Shown: positions 27,891 through 40,200, counted from the first letter of the stretch. The stretch is 40,241 bases of DNA from Chloroflexota bacterium (GCA_022564695.1 JADFKX010000002.1:1-40241), one strand, 5' to 3'. Numbers and translations: made by a program. Notes: a model not told the origin generated them from the sequence alone.

Positions 27891-28619
27891 CTAAGTTTGT
27901 ATCGCCGCCAGCGCCTCCGCCAGATTTATGTCACCCGTATACAGGGCGCGTCCGACGATGGCGCCCTCAACCCCGGTCTCCGCCAGGCGGCGAAGGTGGT
28001 CGATCGTGGAGACGCCTCCCGAGTAGATGACCCGCAGGTGCTGACGGTCGGAGAGCAGCGTCTCCAGGGCATCGAAGTTCGGATCGGTGAGGGTGCCGTC
28101 ACGGAGCGTATCGGTGTAGATCACCCAGGGTACGCCCAGCTCGGCGATCTGGCGGACGAGCTCCGACGCCGTTATCCCCGAGGTGTCGCGCCATCCCTCC
28201 GTGACCACGATCCCATCACGCGCATCGACGCCAACGCCGATTCGTCCCGGGAAGCGAGCGAGGGCGCTGGCCAGCAGCGCCTGGTCCTTCACGGCGGCAG
28301 TGCCCAGCACCACCCGATCCACCCCACCCTCCAGGTACCCGCCAATGGTCTCCAAGTCGCGGAGGCCGCCGCCCAGTTGCACGGGCACGTCTACTGCCGC
28401 GACGATTCGTTCCACGGAAGCAGTGTTTACCGCCCGGCCCTCCCGCGCGCCGTCCAGGTCCACAACGTGCAGCCGCTTGGCGCCAGCGTCTTGCCAGCGG
28501 CGGGCCGCCTCCGCCGGATCGTCAGCGAAGACGGTCTCGCGGTCATAGTCACCCTGCACCAGCCGCACGCAGCGGCCGCCGCGTATATCGATAGCTGGAA
28601 TTATCTCCATGGTGGCCAC
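27891..28619 (-). CDS. hisA: ProFAR isomerase HisA
   Basis: MEIIPAIDIRGGRCVRLVQGDY, HVVDLDGA, VQLGGGLR and YSGGVST. The start could instead be ATG 28610. Confidence 0.93.
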   Translation of the reverse strand: MATMEIIPAIDIRGGRCVRLVQGDYDRETVFADDPAEAARRWQDAGAKRLHVVDLDGAREGRAVNTASVERIVAAVDVPVQLGGGLRDLETIGGYLEGGVDRVVLGTAAVKDQALLASALARFPGRIGVGVDARDGIVVTEGWRDTSGITASELVRQIAELGVPWVIYTDTLRDGTLTDPNFDALETLLSDRQHLRVIYSGGVSTIDHLRRLAETGVEGAIVGRALYTGDINLAEALAAIQT

Positions 28620-28638
28620 TCAAGCTTGCGGAGAGCCT

Positions 28639-29262
28639 TTAGCGCACCGCGGCACTGGCTGCTATGCGCAGGAAGTTCTCGTACATGCGCAGCCCCATGT
28701 CGCCGCTCTTCTCCGGGTGAAACTGGGTCGCCACCACGTTGTCGCGGCCGACCACGGAGGGGAACGTCACGCCGTACTCCGTCTCCCCGATGACGGTTTC
28801 GGCGTCGTCCGGCCGCGGATAGTAGGAGTGCACGAAGTAGAAGTTCGAGCCGTCAGGGATGCCATCGAATATCGGGTGAGGACGAACGATCCGCACCTGG
28901 TTCCAGCCCATGTGAGGCACCTTCAACCCGTCCGGCAGGCGGACGACACGGCCGGGCAGCACGCCCAGGCAGACGTGCTCGCCGCCCTCCTCGCTGACGT
29001 CGAACAGCGCCTGCTGGCCCATGCACACGCCCAGGAACGGACGCCCTCCGGCGATGTACTCGCGAATGGGGTCGATCAGGGCGTGCCGCTTCAAGTTGCG
29101 CATCGTATCGGCGGCTGCGCCTACGCCCGGCACGATCAGCGCTTCGGCCCGCTCCACATCGCGGCCGCTGGAGGTGATCAACGGCTCGCCGCCCACGTGC
29201 GTGACGGCACGGGCCACGCTGCGCAGGTTACCGGCCCCATAGTCGACGATAACAAGCTTCAC
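28639..29262 (-). CDS. hisH: Imidazole glycerol phosphate synthase glutamine amidotransferase subunit
   Basis: VIVDYGAGNLRSV, LIVPGVGA, GVCMGQQ (catalytic Cys), VPHMGWN and ATQFHPEKS. Confidence 0.95.
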   Translation of the reverse strand: MKLVIVDYGAGNLRSVARAVTHVGGEPLITSSGRDVERAEALIVPGVGAAADTMRNLKRHALIDPIREYIAGGRPFLGVCMGQQALFDVSEEGGEHVCLGVLPGRVVRLPDGLKVPHMGWNQVRIVRPHPIFDGIPDGSNFYFVHSYYPRPDDAETVIGETEYGVTFPSVVGRDNVVATQFHPEKSGDMGLRMYENFLRIAASAAVR

Positions 29263-29287
29263 GAGCGTATTGTAGCAAGGGCGGTCG

Positions 29288-31953
<2,666 letters not shown>

Positions 31954-31958
31954 CACCC

Positions 31959-32738
31959 GTGGCACGCGTCCTCGCCGTCGTTGCGCTTCTGCTGCTGGCA
32001 GCCGCCTGCGCCCAGCCCAGCGGCGCACCGTCACCGTCGACAGGCACGGCGACCACTCCCGACCCGACAGGCGCTACCTTAGAACCCTCCTCCAGTCCAA
32101 CGCCCGTCGGGTTGGAGGAGGCATTCGTCATCAACGTGGTCGACGGTGACACCATCGACGTGCTCATGGGCGGCCGGAAGCTCCGTGTGCGCTACATCGG
32201 CATCGATACGCCGGAGACGGTGGACCCTCGGCGGCCCGTGGAGTGCTTCGGCCGCGAGGCAAGCGAGCGAAACCGGGAGCTGGTGGAGGGCATGACCGTT
32301 GGGCTGGAGCGGGACGTCTCCGAGACCGACCAGTTCGGGCGGCTCCTCCGCCACGTCTGGGCGAACGGCGAGATGGTCAACGCCGCCCTGGTTGAGGAGG
32401 GGTACGCTACGGCTAGCACATACCCGCCGGACGTCCGCTACGCGGAACTGCTCGCCGCCCTGGAGACGGAGGCGAGAGCGCACGATCGAGGTCTCTGGGG
32501 CCCGGCCTGCGCCACGCCGGCTGCGACTCCACCAGCGACGGGCGCCGGATGCGACTACTCAGGCACCAGCGAGCCCGTCATCAAGGGCAACATCAGCCTG
32601 AACACAGGTGAGAAGATATACCATCTCCCCGGCGGCGAGTTCTACGACCAGACTGTGATAAGCGAGGCCAAGGGCGAGCGCTGGTTCTGCACGGAGGCGG
32701 GGGCGGTAGCCGCGGGCTGGCGCAAGAGCAAACGCTAG
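31959..32738 (+). CDS. Thermonuclease (SNase-fold) family lipoprotein with a C-terminal small GEKIYH...WFC...AAGWR module
   Basis: Signal peptide plus LLAAAC lipobox. SNase core: VVDGDTIDV...VRYIGIDTPE...FGREA...GRLLRHVW...GYA. The tail KGNISLNTGEKIYHLPGGEFYDQT...WFCTEAGAVAAGWRKSKR resembles what RefSeq names the sunset domain; that name is from memory. Confidence 0.8.
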   Translation: MARVLAVVALLLLAAACAQPSGAPSPSTGTATTPDPTGATLEPSSSPTPVGLEEAFVINVVDGDTIDVLMGGRKLRVRYIGIDTPETVDPRRPVECFGREASERNRELVEGMTVGLERDVSETDQFGRLLRHVWANGEMVNAALVEEGYATASTYPPDVRYAELLAALETEARAHDRGLWGPACATPAATPPATGAGCDYSGTSEPVIKGNISLNTGEKIYHLPGGEFYDQTVISEAKGERWFCTEAGAVAAGWRKSKR

Positions 32739-32812
32739 CGGGATCGGCCCAATAGCCCGTAGCTACAGGTTGCCTCCGGCGTTGAGATATTTTAGAGTTC
32801 GAGCCGTCGTTT

Positions 32813-32842
32813 TTGCAGCCACGTCTAGCGACACGCTATAAT
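32813..32842 (+). promoter_or_regulatory. Sigma-70-like promoter of the mreB operon: -35 TTGCAG, 18-nt spacer, -10 TATAAT
   Basis: Hexamers read directly. GGGAGG Shine-Dalgarno lies at 32866-32871 before the TTG start at 32877. Confidence 0.5.
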
Positions 32843-32876
32843 ACTGTAAGTCTCAGCCCCAACACGGGAGGAAAGA

Positions 32877-33941
32877 TTGTCCCTCAATCCGCTGAACGCC
32901 CTGTTAGGCATGTTTTCCCACGATGTGGCCATTGACCTGGGGACTGCCAACACCCTGGTGATGGTCAAGGGTCGCGGCATCGTCATCGACGAGCCGTCTG
33001 TGGTCGCCATCGATCGCACCAATAAGAAGATCCTGGCCATCGGTGCTGAGGCCAAGCGAATGGTCGGCCGCACCCCCTCCGATATCGTGGCCGTGCGGCC
33101 CCTCCGGGACGGCGTCATCTCCGACTTCGCCGTCACGGAGAAGATGCTACATTACTTCATCCGCTCCGTTCACGACCGTACCACCTTCGGGTTGCCGCGG
33201 CCTCGGGTGTCCGTAGGCATTCCTTCCGGCGTAACGGAGGTGGAGAAGCGGGCGGTTCACGACGCCGCCATCAACGCCGGCGCGCGCGTCGCCTACCTGG
33301 TGGAGGAGCCGATGGCCGCCGCAATCGGCGCTGGCCTGCCGATCATGGAGCCCGGAGGCTCCATGATCGTCGACATCGGGGGTGGCACCACCGAAGTCGC
33401 CGTGATCTCCATGGGCGGAATCGTCGTCTCCACCTCCATCCGCATAGCCGGCGACGATATGGACCAGGAGATCATCAGCTATGCGAGACAGGTACACAAC
33501 ATGCTCATCGGTGAGCGGACGTCTGAGGAGGTCAAGATCGAGGCCGGCTCCGCCTTCCCGCTGGAGCATGAGGTCTCCGTGGAGCTGAGGGGCCGCGACC
33601 TGGCCACCGGCCTGCCCAAGTCCGTCGAGGTAAGCAGCGTGGAGATCCGGGACGCTCTCTCGGGCTCCGTGGGCGCCATCGTGGACGCTGTGCGTCAGAC
33701 CATAGAGTCCACGCCGCCGGAGCTGGTGGCGGACATCATGAGTCGGGGAATCGTACTGGCCGGTGGCGGCGCCCTCCTCAGGGGGCTGGACCGCCGCCTG
33801 GCTCAGGAGACCCGGTTCCCGGTCTACGTGGGAGAGGACCCTCTCACCTGCGTGGTCCGCGGCGCCGGAGAGGTGTTGGAAGAGGCGGCGATCCTAAAGA
33901 AGGTGCAGGCGAGGCTCAATACGCGAAAGGCACCGCGCTAG
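32877..33941 (+). CDS. mreB: Rod shape-determining protein MreB
   Basis: DVAIDLGTANTLV, AVRPLRDGVI, EPMAAAIGAGL, VDIGGGTTEVAV and VLAGGGALLRGLD. The start is TTG; an alternative ATG lies at 32910. Confidence 0.97.
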   Translation: MSLNPLNALLGMFSHDVAIDLGTANTLVMVKGRGIVIDEPSVVAIDRTNKKILAIGAEAKRMVGRTPSDIVAVRPLRDGVISDFAVTEKMLHYFIRSVHDRTTFGLPRPRVSVGIPSGVTEVEKRAVHDAAINAGARVAYLVEEPMAAAIGAGLPIMEPGGSMIVDIGGGTTEVAVISMGGIVVSTSIRIAGDDMDQEIISYARQVHNMLIGERTSEEVKIEAGSAFPLEHEVSVELRGRDLATGLPKSVEVSSVEIRDALSGSVGAIVDAVRQTIESTPPELVADIMSRGIVLAGGGALLRGLDRRLAQETRFPVYVGEDPLTCVVRGAGEVLEEAAILKKVQARLNTRKAPR

Positions 33942-33996
33942 ACGCCCACGCACAGCGCAGCCGGTGCGGGGTCGGGGTGGGTGAGGCCACTGAAAG

Positions 33997-34830
33997 ATGC
34001 GATTGCTCTGGTGGACGCTGGCGGTTATGAGCTTAAGCCTGTTCAGCATCCTCCTCTCCGAAAATCGCACCCTTGATCCGCTGCAGAACCTCTCCCTCAC
34101 CATCGCCGCCCCCATGGAGAACGGTCTCCGCGATATCGCCGATCCCATCTCAGGCTTCTTCCGGGGGATATTCAGCCGTGGCGACTTGGTGCGCGAGAAC
34201 GAGAGGTTGCGAGAGGAGCTGGAGCGCCTTCAGATTGAGACGGCCGCCACTGAGGATGCCCAGCGACGCCTGCAGGAGCTGGAGGAGGCGCTGGGGGTCA
34301 AGGAGAACCGCCCCGACGACGTGTTCGTAGTGGCGGACGTCATCGCGCAGGACCCCTCAGGCTTCAAGCGCGCCCTGGCCATCGACCGCGGCAGCAAGGA
34401 CGGCCTGGACGAAGGGATGGTGGTGCTGTCCAAGAGCGGCAGCCTGGTGGGCGTGGTATCCCTTGTATACGAAGAGTTCGCCTGGTTACGCCTGATCTCG
34501 GACCCTAACAACGCCGTGAACATCGCCGTACTTACCGGGGGCGAGGAGGGCTCCGAGGCGCGGGGAGTGGCGGTCGGCGACCTGCGCAGCAGGCTATCCC
34601 TGGAGATGCTGCCCACGGAGGCGCAGATACAGGAGGGCGATCTGGTCATCACGTCAGGCCTGGGCGGCAACTATCCGCGAACGCTTCTCCTGGGCAGCGT
34701 GACGTCCGTAGAGGAGAAGCCCCAAGCGCTGTCCAAGCGAGCTACGATGGAGCCCGCGGCGGACCTTTCGTCCCTGGATACGGTATTGATCATCACCAAC
34801 TTCCGGCCCGCCAGGCTAGAAGGCCCATGA
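33997..34830 (+). CDS. mreC: Rod shape-determining protein MreC
   Basis: Position after mreB, an N-terminal TM segment, the coiled-coil LVRENERLREELERLQ, and C-terminal beta domains (GMVVLSKSGSLVGVV, GDLVITSGLGGNYP). Confidence 0.85.
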   Translation: MRLLWWTLAVMSLSLFSILLSENRTLDPLQNLSLTIAAPMENGLRDIADPISGFFRGIFSRGDLVRENERLREELERLQIETAATEDAQRRLQELEEALGVKENRPDDVFVVADVIAQDPSGFKRALAIDRGSKDGLDEGMVVLSKSGSLVGVVSLVYEEFAWLRLISDPNNAVNIAVLTGGEEGSEARGVAVGDLRSRLSLEMLPTEAQIQEGDLVITSGLGGNYPRTLLLGSVTSVEEKPQALSKRATMEPAADLSSLDTVLIITNFRPARLEGP

Positions 34831-35345
34831 AGTACGCCGTCGCTCTCGCCGGGTCGTTCCTGGTCGCTATCCTGGCTACTTCCGTGATGCCCTACGTGAA
34901 GGTGCTGGGAGTAGCTCCGGACCTGGTGCTCATCTTCGCCGTCTGCTGGGCGATGATCCGCGGTCAGGGGGAAGCGTTGGTCGTTGTGCCGATGGCCGGT
35001 CTCCTCCGCGACCTCACCACCAGCGATCCCGTAGGCACCTCCATGCTGGCGCTATCGCCCATCGTGCTGCTGGCGGTGATACGCGAGCTGCGTCCGGTTG
35101 AGAGCGATTTCCTGCCGACGCTGGCGGTTGTGGCGATAGCCAGCTTGGCCTACGCTGTAGTCAGCATGGCGGTGCTGACTGCAATTGGCGATGACGTACC
35201 GTGGGGTACCGGCATGCTGCGTGTTGCGCTCCCCTCTATGCTGGTGAACCCTCTGTTTACCGTGCTCATCTATTCACCCATGCGATGGCTGACCACGCGT
35301 CCCAAGAGAGAGAGCTTCGGCGTAGGTTCAGCGGTGCAACTCTAG
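34827..35345 (+). CDS. mreD: Rod shape-determining protein MreD
   Basis: Polytopic 172-aa membrane protein overlapping the mreC stop by 4 nt, in the conserved mreBCD position. Confidence 0.7.
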   Translation: MKYAVALAGSFLVAILATSVMPYVKVLGVAPDLVLIFAVCWAMIRGQGEALVVVPMAGLLRDLTTSDPVGTSMLALSPIVLLAVIRELRPVESDFLPTLAVVAIASLAYAVVSMAVLTAIGDDVPWGTGMLRVALPSMLVNPLFTVLIYSPMRWLTTRPKRESFGVGSAVQL

Positions 35346-35351
35346 ACTGAT

Positions 35352-37262
35352 ATGGACCCGTACCTGAGACCGGACCGCCGAGAGCGAGCGCGCCAGCGCG
35401 ATAAGCCAGAGCCGCCGGGCCGCAACCAGCCGCTCTTAACTGCGCTGCGGGTGCTGGTCATTCTGCTCTTCGGCATCCTCATCGTCCAGCTGGTGCGGCT
35501 CCAGGTCATCGACAGCGACGACTACGCCCATCGGGCCGAGATCAACGCCCTGCGAGAGGTTCAGATTCCGGCGGCGCGCGGCCTCATCCTCGATCAGGAC
35601 GGACGACCGCTGGTTATGAACACCGCCCGCTACTCCGCGGCCATCTTGCCCGGAGACCTCCCCGATCGGGGAGAGGTGGGAGTGTATCGCCAGATGGAGA
35701 GGGTTACCGGCGTGCCCCTGGATGAGGTCGAGCGGATGGTGCTGGCCGGGATCGAGACCAACGGCGCCTACAATCCCGTGGTCATCAAGCCGGATATCGA
35801 CGAGGAAACGGCGCTAACCCTGCGTGAGCTGGAGCCGGCCACTCCCGGCCTCAAGCTACTCGTGGAGCCGACTCGAGAGTATCTTGCGGCGCCCTACCTC
35901 TCACACGTCCTGGGCTACGTAGGCCCTATCTCACAGGATGAGTACGATGAGCTAAGAGACCAGGGCTACCTGTTTCAGGACTACACCGGCAAATCCGGCG
36001 TGGAGTTCACCTACGAATCCCTTCTTCGCGGCCAGCCCGGGAAGAAGCTGATAGAAGTGGACGCGCTCGGGCGCGAGCTGAAAGTCATCTCGGAGCGGCG
36101 GCCCCTGGACGGATCTAACCTCGTCCTCACCATCGATCTTGACCTCCAGAAGATGGTGCAGGAAACGCTGCAGGAGTTCACGGCGGAGGGCGACAACGCG
36201 GCGGCGATAGTGATGGACATTGACAGCGGTGACATTCTGGCCATGGTCTCCCTGCCGGGCTTCGATAACAACGCGTTCTCCGGCCCTCTCAGCAACGAAG
36301 ACCTGGCCGCCATTGTCGATGCGCCCGGAAAGCCCCTGGTGAACCACGCCCTCGCCGAAAGATACCCGCCCGGCAGCACCTTCAAGACGATCGTCGGAGC
36401 GGCCGCCCTTCAGGAAGGGATCGCCTACACCGGCACCACCATCACCAGCCGCGGCTACATTACTGTTGAGAACGAGTACGACCCCAACGTGGTGACTCCG
36501 TTCTACGACTGGTCCGCCCTGGGCCCCCTGGACTTCTACGACGGCATCGCCATGTCCTCCAACGTCTACTTCTACTACCTCGCCGGCGGCAAGGCGGACG
36601 AGGGGTTCCCCGGCCTGGGCGAGGCCCGCGTCGCGAAGTACGCGCGTGCCTTTGGCCTGGGCGCGCCGACAGGTATCGACCTGCCCGGTGAGTCGGCTGG
36701 TCTGGTGCCGGACGCGCAGTGGAAGGAGGAAACGTTCGGCGACAGCTGGTTCCTGGGCGACACGTACAACTTCGGCATCGGCCAGGGCTATCTGTCGGCT
36801 ACTCCGTTGCAGATCATTACCGCCGTCTCAGCCATAGGCAACGGCGGCAAAGTTGTCAGGCCACACCTGCTGCGGGAGGTGCAGGACAGCCACGGCAACG
36901 TTCTACAGCGATTCGAAAAGAGCGTGAGAAGCATTGTGCCGGTGGAGCCGGAGTACCTCCACATCGTGAAAGAGGCGATGCACGAATCCGTAACCAGGGG
37001 AGTGGCCCAGGGAGCGGCCGTGCCGGGCCTGGAAGTGGCCGGTAAGACGGGAACGGCGGAATTCGGCCCGGCGCGCCCAGGATCACAGGAGACTCACGGC
37101 TGGTTTGTGGGGTTTGCTCCCTACGATGAGCCTGAGATCGCCGTGGTGGTTTTCCTCCAGCGCGGCAGTGGCGGCAGCGACGCCGCCCCAGCGGGCAGCA
37201 AGATACTGGACTACTACTTCAACGGGCCTCACCTGGCGCAGAAGCTGGAGGAAGGCGAGTAG
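35352..37262 (+). CDS. mrdA: Penicillin-binding protein 2 (elongasome transpeptidase)
   Basis: TM anchor, RGLILDQDGRPL, catalytic motifs PGSTFK (SxxK) and KTGTA (KTG), and adjacency to rodA. Confidence 0.93.
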   Translation: MDPYLRPDRRERARQRDKPEPPGRNQPLLTALRVLVILLFGILIVQLVRLQVIDSDDYAHRAEINALREVQIPAARGLILDQDGRPLVMNTARYSAAILPGDLPDRGEVGVYRQMERVTGVPLDEVERMVLAGIETNGAYNPVVIKPDIDEETALTLRELEPATPGLKLLVEPTREYLAAPYLSHVLGYVGPISQDEYDELRDQGYLFQDYTGKSGVEFTYESLLRGQPGKKLIEVDALGRELKVISERRPLDGSNLVLTIDLDLQKMVQETLQEFTAEGDNAAAIVMDIDSGDILAMVSLPGFDNNAFSGPLSNEDLAAIVDAPGKPLVNHALAERYPPGSTFKTIVGAAALQEGIAYTGTTITSRGYITVENEYDPNVVTPFYDWSALGPLDFYDGIAMSSNVYFYYLAGGKADEGFPGLGEARVAKYARAFGLGAPTGIDLPGESAGLVPDAQWKEETFGDSWFLGDTYNFGIGQGYLSATPLQIITAVSAIGNGGKVVRPHLLREVQDSHGNVLQRFEKSVRSIVPVEPEYLHIVKEAMHESVTRGVAQGAAVPGLEVAGKTGTAEFGPARPGSQETHGWFVGFAPYDEPEIAVVVFLQRGSGGSDAAPAGSKILDYYFNGPHLAQKLEEGE

Positions 37263-38374
37263 TGGAGCGCCACGCCTTCCGCCACTTCGACTACGGGCTG
37301 TTGTTGCTGGCCGGAGTGCTGGTGACCTACGGCGGTCTACTCATCTATAGCGCCTCGCTCACCGCCTATCCAGACGGCATCGCCGGGCTCAGCCACCCCG
37401 TTGTCAAGCAAGCGATGTTCGCGGTGTTTGGGTTGATGATGATGGCGATCATCGCCTGGATGGACTACCGCGTGTTCGGACAGATGGCGCCGGCGCTGTA
37501 CGCCCTGGCTATCCTTATACTGGTGGCGGTGTTGTTCCTGGGCGAGAGCACCTTCGGCTCGCGTCGCTGGATAACCGTGGGCGGCACGCAGATACAGGCC
37601 TCAGAGGTCGCCAAGCTGCTCATGATCATCTCCCTCGCCCACTTCCTGGCCGACCGACAGCGTCAGATCACACGCGTGCGGGTCTTTCTGACTTCGTTGG
37701 CGCTGGCGGTGCTGCCGGCGGCGCTGGTCATGGCGGAGCCGGACATGGGCACGGCCATCATCTTCGGCACCATCTGGGTGGGGATGGTGATAATGTCTGG
37801 TGCGCGGGTGCAGCATGTACTCATCCTGATCGGCTTTCTCCTGGCGGCCATACCGTTCGCCGCCCTTGCCGTACTCGGTGACTATCAGCGCGATCGTATC
37901 GCCCTTTTCTTCAACCCCAACTCTGATCCCCTCGGCGGTGGCTTTAACATCCTCCAGGGCGAGATCAGCGTCGGCTCCGGCGGCATCTTCGGCAAGGGGC
38001 TGACGAACGGCAGCCAGACGCAGCTCGACTTCCTGCAAACGCCGGCGACGGACTACATCTTCAGCGTGTTGGGAGAGGAGCTGGGGCTCATTGGCGCCCT
38101 GGTACTACTGGCGTTGTTTACGGCGCTGCTGTTCCGAACGATTCGGGTGGCCAGCCTGGCGCGGGATCAGTTCGGGCGGCTGCTGGCGACGGGGATCGCC
38201 ATCATGATCCTGTTCCAGGTGTTCATCAACATCGCGGTGAACATCAGGCTGCTGCCGGTGACCGGCATTCCCCTGCCGTTCGTGAGCCAGGGCGGCAGCT
38301 CCCTGATAATGCTGTTCGTCGCCCTGGGCCTCCTCCAGAGCGTGCTCATACGCCACCGCCAGCTCGAGTTCTAG
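37262..38374 (+). CDS. rodA: SEDS-family peptidoglycan polymerase RodA
   Basis: FtsW/RodA/SpoVE pattern: IQASEVAKL, EPDMGTA, TDYIFSVLGEELG and PLPFVSQGGSSL. The GTG start overlaps the mrdA stop (TAGTG). Confidence 0.93.
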   Translation: MERHAFRHFDYGLLLLAGVLVTYGGLLIYSASLTAYPDGIAGLSHPVVKQAMFAVFGLMMMAIIAWMDYRVFGQMAPALYALAILILVAVLFLGESTFGSRRWITVGGTQIQASEVAKLLMIISLAHFLADRQRQITRVRVFLTSLALAVLPAALVMAEPDMGTAIIFGTIWVGMVIMSGARVQHVLILIGFLLAAIPFAALAVLGDYQRDRIALFFNPNSDPLGGGFNILQGEISVGSGGIFGKGLTNGSQTQLDFLQTPATDYIFSVLGEELGLIGALVLLALFTALLFRTIRVASLARDQFGRLLATGIAIMILFQVFINIAVNIRLLPVTGIPLPFVSQGGSSLIMLFVALGLLQSVLIRHRQLEF

Positions 38375-38392
38375 CTGCCGCCTCGGCGCCTC

Positions 38393-38824
38393 TCATCCTA
38401 CTCCGCCTCGTAGCGAGGCGAGGCGGTCACGCCCCACTGGCGCCAGTCGTAGATGCGCAGGGCCAGCGTCAGACGCGGCTCCCAGCCTATCGGTTTGTAC
38501 TGGGGGAAACTTCTCGCGGATCATCGCCCAGGCGCGGTCCCGCTCCTCGCCCATCGCCTCCTCCATCGTGCAGCGGAGGAGCACGCCCTTCAGACGGCTC
38601 CAGTCGTCGTCATATTCGTCGATGAGGACGGCGATGCGGGCATTCTCCCGGAGCGCCTCAGCCGTAGCGTAGCGGCTACCGATGTCCACGTACACCGTGG
38701 ACTCGCTGTCGAACACGGGACAGACGGGGATAACGTGGGGCTCGCCGCCGGGCCGCACACTAGCGATGCGGCAGACACGGGCGGCCGCGACGAACTCCCT
38801 GACGGGCTCCGGCATCGGCTCCAT
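38393..38824 (-). CDS. Pyridoxamine 5'-phosphate oxidase (PPOX) family protein; the 3' end is probably frameshifted at a C5 run (plus-strand G5 at 38502-38506)
   Basis: The N-terminal two thirds are PPOX-like (CRIASVRPGGEPHVIPVCPVFD..TVYVDI...ARIAVLIDEYD...LKGVLLRC). After KFP the annotated frame becomes Arg/Ala/Gly-rich junk, while the adjacent frame reads QYKPIGWEPRLTLALRIYDWRQWGV... and ends at 38398. Confidence 0.65.
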   Translation of the reverse strand: MEPMPEPVREFVAAARVCRIASVRPGGEPHVIPVCPVFDSESTVYVDIGSRYATAEALRENARIAVLIDEYDDDWSRLKGVLLRCTMEEAMGEERDRAWAMIREKFPPVQTDRLGAASDAGPAHLRLAPVGRDRLASLRGGVG

Positions 38825-40200
38825 CAGCCCAACCCTAGCTTGATTGCATCCCGCAGAGTGGCAGCGGGGAGCAGCTCCAGCTTCGTCTTAGGCCGCGAGC
38901 CACGCCCGGCTGGGCCGGCCAGTGCCACCTGCGGTAGCAGGCAACGTCGGAAACCCAGCCGCTCAGCCTCCAACAGCCGACGCTCCAGCTGTGCCAGCGA
39001 GCGCAGCTCGCCTGAGAGACCCACCTCGCCCAGAGCCACCATGTCCGCAGGCACGGGCTTATCGCGATGACTGGAGACGATCGCCAGCGCCAGACCCAGG
39101 TCGGTCGCCGGTTCGTGTACACGCAGGCCGCCCACCACAGAGGCGATGATGTCCTGCCCGGCGAGGGAGAGACCCACACGCCGGGTGAGAACGGCGGCGA
39201 TCAGGAGCAGACGGTTGAAGTCCAGGCCGTTGACGGTGCGCCGCGGCGTTGGCATGGCGGTGGGGCTGGTTAGCGCTTGCACCTCCACCAGCAGCGGCCG
39301 GCTCCCCTCCAAAGTCGGCACGATTATCGAGCCCACGGCGCCGCTGGCGCGCTCCGCGATGAACGCCTGCGAGGGGTTATCCACGCTGGTCATCCCTTCG
39401 CTGGTCATCTCAAACACGCCCACCTCGTCGATGGAACCGAAACGGTTCTTCACCGAACGCAGCAGCCGGTAGTTGCTGAACCGCTCACCCTCCAGGTAGA
39501 GCACGACGTCCACTATGTGCTCCAGCAGCCGCGGCCCGGCGATATCGCCCCCCTTGGTGACGTGCCCAACGATGAACGTCGGCACGCCCGTCCCCTTGGC
39601 CCAGCGCATCAGATCCATCGTGCACTGGCGGAGCTGCACGATACTCCCCGGCGCCTGCGGGGCGCTCCCCGTATACACCGTCTGAATCGAATCGACGATA
39701 AGCAGGCCGGGCGAAAGCGATTCCGCCTCCCGCAGGGCGATGTCCAGATTCGTCTCCGTGATGACGAACAGCCCGTCGCCAGCAACACCCAGACGGGCGG
39801 CACGCAGCTTGATCTGTCGGGCCGACTCCTCGCCCGATAGGTAGAGGACACTGCGACCAGCGGCGGCCAGGGAGGCCACCTGCAGCAGGAGAGTGGACTT
39901 GCCGATGCCGGGGTCGCCGCCGATGAGCGCCAGCGAGCCGGGCACGGCGCCCCCGCCCAGCACGCGGTCGAACTCCGGCAGCCCGAAGACCAGCCGCGGC
40001 TCCTCCTCCTGCGGCAGACGTGAGAGCTCCTGGGGAGGGGCCGCAGCAGCAGCGGCGACGCCCGGCCTCTGGTCCGCTGCCTGTTCAACGAAGCTGTTCC
40101 AGGAGGAGCAGTCAGGGCAGCGGCCCAGCCATTTCGGGGTCTCGTAGCCGCACTCCTGGCAGGCGAAGACCGTGCGCGGGGGCTTGCGGGCGGTGGTCAT
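38824..40200 (-). CDS. radA: DNA repair protein RadA/Sms
   Basis: The zinc ribbon CQECGYETPKWLGRCPDCSSWNSF, Walker A GGDPGIGKSTLLLQ, KNRFG and a Lon-like C-terminal domain. Confidence 0.97.
   Translation of the reverse strand: MTTARKPPRTVFACQECGYETPKWLGRCPDCSSWNSFVEQAADQRPGVAAAAAAPPQELSRLPQEEEPRLVFGLPEFDRVLGGGAVPGSLALIGGDPGIGKSTLLLQVASLAAAGRSVLYLSGEESARQIKLRAARLGVAGDGLFVITETNLDIALREAESLSPGLLIVDSIQTVYTGSAPQAPGSIVQLRQCTMDLMRWAKGTGVPTFIVGHVTKGGDIAGPRLLEHIVDVVLYLEGERFSNYRLLRSVKNRFGSIDEVGVFEMTSEGMTSVDNPSQAFIAERASGAVGSIIVPTLEGSRPLLVEVQALTSPTAMPTPRRTVNGLDFNRLLLIAAVLTRRVGLSLAGQDIIASVVGGLRVHEPATDLGLALAIVSSHRDKPVPADMVALGEVGLSGELRSLAQLERRLLEAERLGFRRCLLPQVALAGPAGRGSRPKTKLELLPAATLRDAIKLGLG

Noticed and set aside
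32860-32880. GGGAGGAAAG motif reminiscent of the RNase P RNA conserved GAGGAAAG box.
   Set aside because: The flanking sequence does not continue the RNase P consensus. Its position 5-10 nt upstream of the mreB start fits a plain Shine-Dalgarno sequence.
38453-39070. 205-aa plus-strand ORF spanning the PPOX-radA junction.
   Set aside because: It is antisense to two recognisable genes and has no motifs.
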